Below the pieces are notes generated by a model, which had not been told where the DNA came from, ran no database searches, and worked only from the letters and a program-made list of their open reading frames with translations. Position numbers and translations under genes: made by a program. Shown piece by piece: positions 13,031-23,210 of a DNA stretch of 64,000 nt (the first letter of the stretch is position 1; each line of letters opens with the position of its first letter). The DNA is from Camelus ferus (Eukaryota), in assembly GCF_009834535.1 (NCBI RefSeq), contig NC_045697.1, positions 82,586,001-82,650,000 of the forward strand, in the 5' to 3' direction.

Positions 13031-16000
13031 ATGCAGCCGATACATTTAAACCACATTTTCATAATAATGTTTTTCCCTTTATGTTATCCCATTATGATGG
13101 AATATATTGCCAAATGATTTTAGTGAAAATGTACAGTGTTTGCAGGATATTTTAAATTTTAATTCAGACAATATATCAGTGCCAGCTTCTCAAGAGAGCA
13201 ACTGGCACCCAACCCTGGTCATTTATCCTGAGTAACAGAAATGCTGTCTAGTAATTGAACTCAAGTGCCTCTCTCTCTTATACCAAAGTAAGTTAATGGC
13301 TTAGATACGGATTGTTTTAGTAGCAAAGATTATGGAACTCCAGGTGAAAAACAGTGAAGGCTTGTGTTTAATAAGATCAAGTCCAATGTTCCAATCAACT
13401 GCCTTAATTTCTATACACGTATTTGTAAAAAGTTGATTCTAAGTATTCAGATTCAAAAGATAGAGGCAATGGGTTTATAAAAGTTACAAGGTAAATTTAA
13501 GGGGAAAGAATAGGAAGTCTAATTCTCTGAACTAAGGACTTTTTCATGTAAGTAAAGAGAAATATGACTTAACATTTAAAATATGGGAAATATGTCATTT
13601 AATTGTAAGATTTTAATATCTAAATACCTTTATAACTGATAGGAATTAAGTTAAAAATACATTTTTACCCAAGCATACCAATTTTACATTTTCATATTTT
13701 TAAAAAATGTTCATAGTAACAAAATAAACAAAAATATGTTGATTTTAGATTGCTTTTATGCTTCCCTGGTTTACTGAAATGACCTTACTGCCCAAGGAAA
13801 TTTAACTACTCATTCATTTGAATAAGTTAATCAGAGCATAGAATTGAGTTGATCAAATGAGCAGTGTATAGTGCTATCTAAAGATGATGTGCTCAGATAT
13901 AGAAATGCTGGAAAAAAAAAAAAGGTAATTAAAACCAAACACTGATAAGTGACTGAAGGAATAAAGAAGAGCCAAATAAGCAGACCAAAGGTTCACTCAA
14001 CGTGGGGAAGGGCTCTCCATTCCAAATGTGTTTAGTCTTACGCAGCAATGCAACAGTCAGGTGAGAAAACCTGACCCTCATTTTTGTGGTTTTTTTCACC
14101 TTTTAATGTGGTTTGGTGAAATAAGGTCCCAGGATAGTCTAAACCAGGAAACAGTCCCCAAGGATTTTATTTTCTCTTATTGTATGTCAACCATAGGTGC
14201 ATTCTTACATGAATTTGTGAGGAAACCAACATCTAGCCCTGCATAAAGCCATGCTATTAAGCCATGCTATTAAGCCACTTTAAATGCAAAAGAATATTTA
14301 CAGTTAGCTCCTATGTTGTAAAGTCAGCTTCTGAAACTATGAGAAGCTGCTGGTTTAGTTCTGAAGGTACCCTAAACTTCAAATACTGAAAAATCTAGAG
14401 AAGCATGCCACCCAAAAAGTTGGTTTGAATGTAGAGACAGATAATGACACACATACATGCACCAAGAAGGTACGAAAAGATTTCTAACTTACATAACCGA
14501 GGCCTCTAGGATGAGCGGAGCAGTCACAAGCAGGTCAAAAGCGGTTTGAGAGAGCAAAGAAAGCAGGCTGGGGGTGGGGCTTTTAAGGAGGGAAGGGGGT
14601 GGGCCTGGGTGACGATTCCCAAAGAAAGCAGGCAATTGGGTGGTTTGACACTCCTGCAGGTGCTAAAGGGGGAACACCTGGGCTAGGAATCCTGTTGCCC
14701 TGGTGAGAGGCACAAGAAGCCGCAGGTGTGAGGCAGGTGTGAGGCTTAATAGCTGTTTGCAGTCAAGTATCAAAATATTACAAACATTAGTCCCACAATC
14801 ACCAACATGCTCTTCCAATGTCACCACCCAAATTTCTCTTAGATTTTCTTTCCTCTCTACTCCTACTACCCCTCTTTGATTTTTCTGAAGTCATCATCTT
14901 TGTCTGAATCCCTGTGATAGATTTCTGACCCATCATATTGCTGCAATCTTGCATTCAAATTCTGTCCTTCATACATAGAGTTTCTAGAACACAGCAAGAA
15001 TTATACTTACCTTCCCACCACATTCTCTACTCCAAAAATCTTTTGTGCTTAAGTAAAACTAAAGTAGATCTTTATTATGACACATGCAATATATTGATCG
15101 GTTCTTCAGCTTTGTAATCCATCCATCCATCTGTCAATCCATCTCCCTCAATTAGCACTTTAAATGGAAGCCATGTCTACTAATAACTGTATCATGTTAA
15201 TTGCCTCTATGTCTGGCACCTGGAATGGCAGTAACAACTGCTGAAAATTTAGATACCTGGGGCTCAGGACCATGAAGGTCCCAACCATCACTGGAGCAGG
15301 CTCCCTGTCTCAGGAATTGGTTTTCTGAGATACAATCAAATGCGTGATTTAGAATTAGGTCAAATAATCAGAATTATTTCAAGTAATAGAATTAGTTAAC
15401 AGTCAGATCAAATCTCAAATAATTCAAAACATGTCTTTTCAGTCTTTATGTAATTTGGAAACATATTTCTAGCTAATGATGAACAGGTGATAAAGTAAGT
15501 TACACGTGTGTTCAATTCCTCCTGAATGTGTTTGGTAGGCTTTTCCCATGGCATACCCTTAGGAAACTCTTAGGAAACGGCTTCACCTAAAAAGTACAAA
15601 GGTATCATCTACTTTGACTAAAACTACATTTGCAAAGAAACTCATTAATGGCCAAAATACCATATTCTAAAACTTCAGTAAATAATAGAATATAAATAAA
15701 AACATTTAAAGTTTTCAATAAAGTACTTTGAAATGTAAATATTGGACAGAAAATTACGTATATTTTTTTCTCCCAGCATGTAATGCATTTGAATGTTTTA
15801 TTCAGCTGCATATACAGTACTGGCTTTCAAAAATAGGTAAACAAAAACTTGAATATAATTCATTATTGATTATTTTCTGTTATGCTAAAGGGGAGAGACT
15901 AAAATATCACAAAGTATATGATTGGTTTTGTTTTTTTTCAGTCTGCACACTCACCTGGTAACATTTAATGTATTCTTAGCTTATTTAACAAAGGGATTCA

Positions 16001-16406
16001 CATCACTAATATTTGGGAGATATTTCACTCCTAGAGGAAAAAAATGCATTTTTAGCAAAATGTAATTTACTCTCCAATTTGATCCAGTCTCCAAAACTGA
16101 CAAAGCTGTGCAGATAAAGATTAAGAATCAAGTATCTCTGCTTTCATTTGTGAGAAATCAGTATATAATGTAAAAGAGATAAGATCATCCAGTGATTTGA
16201 TCAAAAACTGAAATAGCTGTAGGTCATATTTATTTATACTTTATTAATAATAAAACACAAGTCATTATGTAACACAATATATTCAAAATATTAAAGGTCT
16301 TCAAATAATTCCCATTTACATGCAACAGTTTTACACAATGAGAAATAAATTTAATTAAACACAGCAGAATGATCTTCATATGTGTTTCATAAATTTGGAA
16401 AGGCAG

Positions 16407-16832
16407 TGTGAGCTGGTGTTGAGATGAGTTAAGGCCGTGGGAACCAAGGCCACGATCGGAGCATTGAGATGAGTTATAGCCAGTGGGACCCAAGGCCACA
16501 ATCAGAGCATGTTTGTAGTATGCAGTAAATAATTGCTCCACGCATGCGTCAATTATATAAGATTTAGAACAAAGAAAATGGAAGTACGCATGTGCTAGAG
16601 ATATTCTGTAAGCCTAATAAACAAAGAAACTCAGACCGCGCATGTGCTGACAGAAAACAGATAAAAGCAGGACAGGTGCATCATAGGGCGCACCTCCCTG
16701 TGACAATAAAGTGTTGTTAACCCCATGGTGTCTCTGGCTGAAGTCTGTCCAGCAGTATGGCAACTCCTCGTGCATTTTTTCATTTGGGCCGCTCACCTCC
16801 TAGAACCCCACATCAGCCTCCCTCGGCTGACA
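16407..16832 (+). repeat. 5' LTR (426 bp)
   Basis: TGTGAG...GCTGACA; near-identical to 22295-22719; AATAAA at 16705-16710; TATA-like TATATAA at 16554 and ATAAAA at 16661. Confidence 0.97.
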
Positions 16833-16834
16833 CT

Positions 16835-16852
16835 TGGCGTAGTCGGCAGGAT
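16835..16852 (+). promoter_or_regulatory. Primer-binding site, tRNA-Ser
   Basis: TGGCGTAGTCGGCAGGAT is the reverse complement of the mammalian tRNA-Ser 3' end (...ATCCTGCCGACTACG-CCA), located 2 nt after the LTR. Confidence 0.93.
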
Positions 16853-16861
16853 GAGGTGAGT
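16853..16861 (+). promoter_or_regulatory. Putative major splice donor of the provirus
   Basis: GAG/GTGAGT consensus donor directly after the PBS, the usual position for the env mRNA donor. Confidence 0.7.
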
Positions 16862-16900
16862 GCCCCTTCTGAACCCCCTGCCCCTGACGGGGATGCTCTG

Positions 16901-17759
16901 ATGGAAGCAAAGTGGCCCCCTACCTCTGTATGGTACCCGGTGGCAGCCTAATTGCTGACATGGGCTCAACCTGAGGATTGGGACACAGTTGCGCCCTGGC
17001 CAGATGACGTCCGGAGGGCATTGGAGCTGTTAAAAAATAATGTCCCATTAGCCCACGGAGAGGCAGCCGGGAGGGTGGCCTGGATGTTCTTATCTGTTTT
17101 ATGGCATGCTAGCCAAGACATGAGAGATTTACAGATGCAAGTGGAGGAGTTGCAGTGCAAAAAAGAGGAGCTTAAGCAGAGACCCAGCACAGCAGAAAGA
17201 TGTCTGCGTGGTCCTAGCTCCGCCGCCTCTGAGAGCAGCTATGCCTGTGTAACTCCAGTCCCACCGCCCCTGGGAGCATCCAGATGATGAGCTCCTTACA
17301 GCTCGAATAAAAGATTTGATTTTGGCTAATGGCCCAACGGGAACGTTTGGGACTATGGCGGCGCTACTAGCACTGTATGTAGACCGCCCCATTCATAAAG
17401 TAACTGAGGCTCTGGCTCGTCTGGGGGACATAGAGGTGCGCCAAAAGGGGGTACATGCTGCCAAGACTCAAGGTGAGTCCAAGACCCCCTCCTCCTGTGC
17501 AGTGACACAGAAAGGGAAGTCCACACCAAGGAAAAAAAAGGGGAATGCTCCAATTTTAGGAGGGCCCCAAAAGCTAGATCGCCGGCAGATATGGTGTGAT
17601 TTACTGGCAGCTGGCCTGGACCGTGTAAAATTAGATGGCCAGCCATTGGAGGTGCTGATGGCCTTATGGAAAAAATTACGGCCTGAGCAACAATATACTC
17701 CATTGCCAACCTCCCATCAGGCCCGAGAGGTGGCCTTTGCTGACTTCCTCCCAGACTAG
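16901..17759 (+). pseudogene. gag: gag, disrupted and apparently internally deleted
   Basis: ATG at 16901 (MEAKWPPTSVWYPVAA*LLTW, stop at 16949-16951). Frame change near 17250-17290 into WEHPDDELLTARIKDLILANGP. ERV-L/S-type C-terminus RQIWCDLLAAG...KLDGQPLEVLMALW with no CCHC knuckle. Ends at TAG 17757-17759. Confidence 0.8.
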
Positions 17760-18228
17760 GAGGAAGGCCAAGGTGTTCGGGACGTGGGGCACCCCGATGA
17801 CCGGAGGCCACATGTTGAGCTAACTATTCACTGGTCCCCCATGAATAAACAGCGAGTGCTGACTAGTAGACACAGGAGCTGAAATTACATTGGTGCATGA
17901 AAATTCGGAGCATTTTCAGGGACCATGGGTTGATATAAAAGGATATGAAAACAAGCAAATGTGTGTTAAACGAGTGACTCTGATTTTGAGCATTGGCCGT
18001 CTGCCCCCTGCTGCATATAAAGTGCATATATCCCCAGTAGCTAAATACATTTTGGGGATAGACATTTTGCAAGGATTGCAAATACAGACGACTCAAGGGG
18101 AATTTCGCCTGAGAGTCCGTGTGGTAAAAACAGTTATACGGGGGCATCCTCATCATGCACCTTTGATTTTGCCACAGGCCACACGAGTGGTAAATGTCCG
18201 GCAATATCGATTGCCCGGAGGCCATTAG
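17760..18228 (+). pseudogene. pro: Aspartic protease (pro), frameshifted
   Basis: DRRPHVELTIHWSPMNKQRVL is in the gag frame, then a frameshift at ~17860 to LVDTGAE (active site 17869-17877) and ILGIDIL. Premature TAG at 18226-18228. Confidence 0.88.
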
Positions 18229-19970
18229 GAAATAGGACAGACTATTCTAAAGCTTGAGGAAGCCGGTATAATTCGGACTACGCATAGCCCATATAACTCT
18301 CCAATATGGCCGGTGCAGAAGCCAGACGGCTCCTGGAGGATGACAGTGGACTATCGGGAACTAAATAAAGTCACTCCCCCCATGCATACAGCTGTGCCAA
18401 ATATAACAGATTTAATGGACCGACTGTCCCATGAACTGGGTACTTGTCACTATGTGGTTGACCTGGCTAATGCATTCTTCTCGATAGACATAGCCCCTGA
18501 GAGCCAAAAACAGTTTGCCTTCACCTGGGAAGGCAGACAATGGACATTTGTTGTGTTGCCGCAAGGATATCTGCACAGCCCCACACTGTGTCATGGCCTG
18601 GTGGCCCAGGACCTGGCTACGTGGAGCAAACCAGATACCGGTTGTTTGTTCCATTATATTGATGACATAATGCTAACCTCTGGTTCTCTTTCAGATTTAA
18701 AAACCAGTGCCACAGCGCTGCGAGAAGCCCTGGCGGGCTTGGGGTGGGCCGTGAACGAGGACAAAGTACAAGGACCTGGATATTCTGTCAAATTCTTGGG
18801 TGTTGTCTGGTCGGGTAAGACAAAAGTGCTGCCTAAAGCAGTAATAGACAAAATCCAGGCATATTCCCATCCTAAAACAGTTAAACAGTTACAGACTTAT
18901 TTGGGTCTTCTGGGATACTGGCGGGTGTTTATTCCTCATTTGGCCCAAATAGCCAAACCCCTGTATAAACTGATTAAAAAGGGAGAAGTCTGGAACTGGT
19001 CTGATGAGACCAAATGTGCATTTGTTAAAACTAAGAGGACAGTGGCCCAAGCACAAGCACTGCGCACTATAGATCCAGACATCCCTTTCTGGTTGACAGT
19101 CCATGTGGACAATGATGGATATGGCTGGGGCTTATGGCAGAAACATGGGCAGCGGAAAGTGCCCCTAGGATTCTGGTCTCAGTTGTGGAAAGGGGCTAAA
19201 TGTCGTTATTCTCTGATTGAGAAACAGTTGCTAGCAACTTATACATCCTTGATTGCCACTAAACCCCTGACGGGGAGGCAAGAGGTCCAAGTGCAAACCA
19301 CATACCCTATTGCAGGATGGGTACAGACATGGGCAAAGCAATCCCGATCGGAAACTGCCCAAACCCCAACTCTGACGAAGTGGGGTGCTTATTTGAAACA
19401 GAGAGCCCAGTACACCGCTAGCCCCTTGGCTGCAAAGTTGCAGCAGGTGTTAGGGCCTGTGAGATTTGTTGCGCCTGATGTACAGACGCTCCCACAACAA
19501 GGGGTGGACCCTGTGCCCAGTCCCTTTCGTGAAGGGAAAGGGCCACCCCCGGAAACTGCTTGGTATACTGATGGATCTTGTAAGGGCAGTCCGCCCACTT
19601 GGGTTGCAGTAGCACTGCACCCTGCCACTAAAGCCTTCTGGTATGAGACCGGAGAAGGCCAATCCAGCCAATGGGCTGAGTTATGGGCAGTATGGCTGGT
19701 GTTGATAAATAAATCTAGCCCCTTGCAGATTTGTACAGATAGTTGGGCCATATATCGAGGCCTTACATTGTGGATACCCCAATGGGCCCTGCAAAACTGG
19801 ATGATTGGACACCGGCCCCTGTGGGGACAACAGATGTGGAAACAGTTATGGGACAAAGGCCAAAAAGGCCAGTATACTGTTTACCACGTACCAGGGCACC
19901 GCCCAGCCCTGGCACCGGACAATGATGCTGCTGACGCGCTAGCCCAACTCCGTCCTGTACAGGCTATGGT
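18229..19970 (+). pseudogene. pol: pol: reverse transcriptase, tether and RNase H, open reading frame within a defective provirus
   Basis: ORF 18313-20199: [22 protein letters not shown] (18556-18567), YIDD (18655-18666), [12 protein letters not shown]; RNase H WYTDGS, AEL, ICTDS, ADALA. Confidence 0.95.
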
Positions 19971-19989
19971 CCCAGGACCCGATATAGGT

Positions 19990-21134
19990 CCCTGGCTCCA
20001 TAAAAAACTTGGTCATATTGGCTCAAACACAATGAGGCAGGTAGCCGATCGGTGGGGCCTGCACCTGAGCCACAGTAAAGCCAAAGATGCCATGCGGCAT
20101 GTCCATGGTGTGCTAAGCACCACCCGCACTGACAGCGATGGCCCCAACAGATGGGGAAGATTGCACGGGAAATTCAGCCACTGCAGGTATGACAAATAGA
20201 TTACGTAGGCCCCTTTGCTCCGAGTACTGGCTTGCGGTACCTGCTGACAGCGGTAGACACCGCTACTGGCCTAGGTTTTGCTCACCATGTGCCCCGAGCT
20301 ACACAAGACTCTACTATTAAAACACTGAAAGTTTTACGGGCCTTCTATGGGACTCCCTTAAAAATACAAAGTGATAGAGAAACCTCTTTCACTGCCCAAC
20401 AGACCCAAAAATGGGCCAAGAAAAATAATATGAACTGAATATTGCATGTGCCTTACCGTCCTCAAGCAACAGGAATGATTAAACGGTACAATGGCCTATT
20501 AAAAGACAAACTGAGGGCTCTCAAACCACAAGGGCGAGGCTGGAACAGTGTCTTGCCGCAGGCGGTACGTCTTTTAAATAAACAACCTCGCCGTACTGGT
20601 ATGAGCCCACTGAAAAAGTTATTGCAAGGAACTATTCGGAGGCTCAGAGTTGGGCCTGTGCAGGATGCCTCCGATGTCTCAATAGTGGGACATGCGTTAA
20701 TATTACGCGCTCCCAGGGTGTTAAACTCAGAAAAACAGGACACCTGGACATGAAAAAATCAGGTCCAGACTAAAGGCCCCTGGCTAGCCCTTTTAAAACC
20801 ATGGGGCGATGGGCTAGAAAAAGCCCTGCAGGTAACCCCACGAGTGGGGAAATGGCCTTTTGATGTACAGGTTACTCTAGAAAAAACAGGAGTGTCCCTA
20901 CTTAAAAAAACAGAAGCCCTACGGCTTTGGACAATTCCACTGATAGCTCCTAAAGCTCTCCCAGAGTGTGACCAACCTAATGTGGGCGGGTTGGTGTGGT
21001 ACCACCGCCCAGGGCAAACAGCCCTTCCTGCCACTGTACTCTCACAAAATAAAAAAGTGGCTTGCATCCTCCCAGAAGGGAGAGATTTGCCAATCATGGT
21101 GTCCACCTCTGCTCTGTCCTTCCGTCCAGGGTAA
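19990..21134 (+). pseudogene. pol: pol: integrase (HHCC, DDE core, dUTPase-like insert, C-terminal domain), disrupted
   Basis: HKKLGH...frameshift...CPWC (20100-20111); QV*QIDYVGP; LTAVDTATG; IQSDRET; HVPYRPQATGMIKRYNGLLK; stops at 20190, 20436 and 20751; ends at TAA 21132-21134. Confidence 0.9.
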
Positions 21135-22299
21135 AAACAAATACCATGTTCTCCTGGGCACACACTTTCATGCGAGTCCACAACGTCTCTCACTGTTGGG
21201 TCTGTACTAAACTTCCTGTAGACACAAGAGATGGACTGCCGTGGCACCTCCACCCCGCGTCCAAAACTAATTGGAGCACCTTGATTCAATAAAATGCCAA
21301 CAGGACAGCGAGATTGCCCTGGAACTTGCGGCAGCAGACTATTAAAAAAATACTCCTACATGAGCGGGGCAATGCCCCCCCCTAATTAAAAGGACTGTAT
21401 AAAATGGGTGGAGATAAATAAATAGTGTTCATGTAAAAGTAAAAAATTTAAGCCCCCTCTGTATTGAACAGCAGTTTGAACACGAGGCTCCAAACCGCAC
21501 AGTGGGGTGGCTCCCAAAAGAGCTGTGTGCCAAAATTACTTATAATGTAAATGCCTCCACCTGGTGGGATGGACGACCTCTAATTGGCACAAAACCCACT
21601 GATTCCCTGCCACCAGGGTATCTGTGGGTATGTGACATCCACGAATGGTCTTATCTCCCACCTAAATGGACAGGGCGCTGTACTTGGGGTAGAGCTTACT
21701 TGCCCGGACATATCCGGCCCACTTTGACAGAGCGCTCCACAAATTGGGACCCACTGCACACCCGGTGGCACCGGAAAAAGTGTGCAGCTTGATGGTTTTA
21801 TCCCATGGCCCTGTTCCTGCCTGGTGCTGGGACCATCAGTGTTAAATTACAGGTAAAAACTTTAGCTCAACACATATCAGCTGTACTAAATGTTACTAGA
21901 AGAACTATAAAAAAATTGTTAAACGAGACTACCCAGATGCAAAAAGTAGTCTTACAAAATAAAATGACATTAAATATTCTCACTACAAGCCAGGGTGGCA
22001 CATGTGCTATGTTACATATTAAATGTTGTATCTATATACCAGATCACCAAAAAAAAAAAATAGCTAAGACACTGCATAAAATAGATCAAAAATTGGATCA
22101 CATAGATCATGTAACTCAAGACCCCCTTAAAAATTGGTGGTCATCCTTGACGTCCTCCTGGAGATGGAGCCTAACTGTCCTGGCTATTGTTGCTGTCTGT
22201 GTATTGGTAGGATACTGTACTCTGTATTGTTGTTGTGATCTTTGGACACAATGCTCTGCCCTGTGGGCTAGTGTTCACGACCTAGGGGGTGGAATGTGA
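21062..22299 (+). pseudogene. env: env (gamma-type SU/TM), disrupted
   Basis: SU CWVC motif, GYLWVC...LPPKWTGRCTWG, mutated furin site RKKC, ISD-like LQNKMTLNILTTSQGGTC (21952-22005), CX6CC (22003-22029), hydrophobic Cys-rich membrane anchor. Stops at 21290, 21400, 21415 and 21790, plus a frameshift at ~21380. The true start codon is uncertain. Confidence 0.9.
22284..22294 (+). promoter_or_regulatory. Polypurine tract
   Basis: AGGGGGTGGAA immediately precedes the TG of the 3' LTR. Confidence 0.88.
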
Positions 22300-22719
22300 G
22301 CTGGCGTTGAGATGAGTTAAGGCCGTGGGAACCAAGGCCACGATCGGAGCATTGAGATGAGTTATAGCCGTGGGACCCAAGGCCACGATCAGAGCATGTT
22401 TGTAGTATGCAGTAAATAATTGCTCCACGCATGCGTCAATTATATAAGATTTAGAACAAAGAAAATGGAAGTACGCATGTGCTAGAGATATTCTGTAAGC
22501 CTAATAAACAAAGAAATTCAGACCGCGCATGTGCTGACAGAAAACAGATAAAAGCAGGACAGGTGCATCATAGGGCGCACCTCCCTGTGACAATAAAGTG
22601 TTGTTAACCCCATGGTGTCTCTGGCTGAAGTCTGTCCAGCAGTATGGCAACTCCTCGTGCATTTTTTCATTTGGGCCGCTCACCTCCTAGAACCCCACAT
22701 CAGCCTCCCTCGGCTGACA
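22295..22719 (+). repeat. 3' LTR (425 bp)
   Basis: Direct repeat of 16407-16832; AATAAA at 22592-22597; ends GCTGACA. Confidence 0.97.
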
Positions 22720-23210
22720 GTCAGTTTCAGTCTTCATGTTTAGAAGATGTGTACGAATGTGCTTCTGTGTACATACTTCTCCCTAATTCAGATAATTTTC
22801 AGAATTCTAAAATAATATAACAGAAATAAATTGGCTTTAAAAAATTCTGAATTTGCTATAGATATATAAATTTTAATTCATGAAAACCTATGTAAGTACT
22901 TATTATCAAGATGTATTCATCTTGATTTCACAGTTAAGCTGATTAGACTACTAACATGACTTAACAGTAGTTTCCTCAAAGGCATTTTCAAAATAGGATG
23001 TTGATCTGTAATTGTGGATCCACCTAGAGAATAATTTTAAGATCATGACACTCTGTATGCTTTGATACTGCCTTCATTTTTCATAATTTAGAGAGAAGTA
23101 TATATTCATTAGATCTGAGGCAGAGAAATAAAATAAGATTGAAATTTGGATGTAACAGACATCTACCTCAATATTCCGTGATCATTGTTGTTTTCTCCTT
23201 CCCTTCAAAG

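Larger units (their letters stand above)
16407..22719 (+). mobile_element. Class III (ERV-S/HERV-S-like) endogenous retrovirus: LTR-gag-pro-pol-env-LTR, defective
   Basis: Paired TG...CA LTRs, tRNA-Ser PBS, PPT, RT LPQG/YIDD, RNase H, integrase, env with ISD and CX6CC. Flanks GGCAG (16402-16406) and GTCAG (22720-22724) form a 5-bp TSD with one mismatch. Confidence 0.96.

Noticed and set aside
14245..14278. 13-bp tandem repeat (aagccatgctatt, ~2.5 copies)
   Set aside because: Ordinary slippage duplication with no further structure.
16419..16509. Direct repeats resembling a CRISPR array
   Set aside because: Only two adjacent copies with no spacers, inside a eukaryotic LTR.
18313..20199. 628-aa RT/RNase H ORF as a domesticated or functional gene
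   Set aside because: It starts at a non-ATG codon after a premature stop, ends by frameshift in the integrase, and carries probable G>A missense changes. Openness is explained by the young age.
17353..21289. Antisense ORFs inside the provirus (e.g. 17353-17811, 19389-19856, 20759-21289)
   Set aside because: Shadow frames of gag/pol. No motif, antisense promoter or splice evidence for an HBZ-like gene, although 20759-21289 (176 aa) could be rechecked in paralogs.
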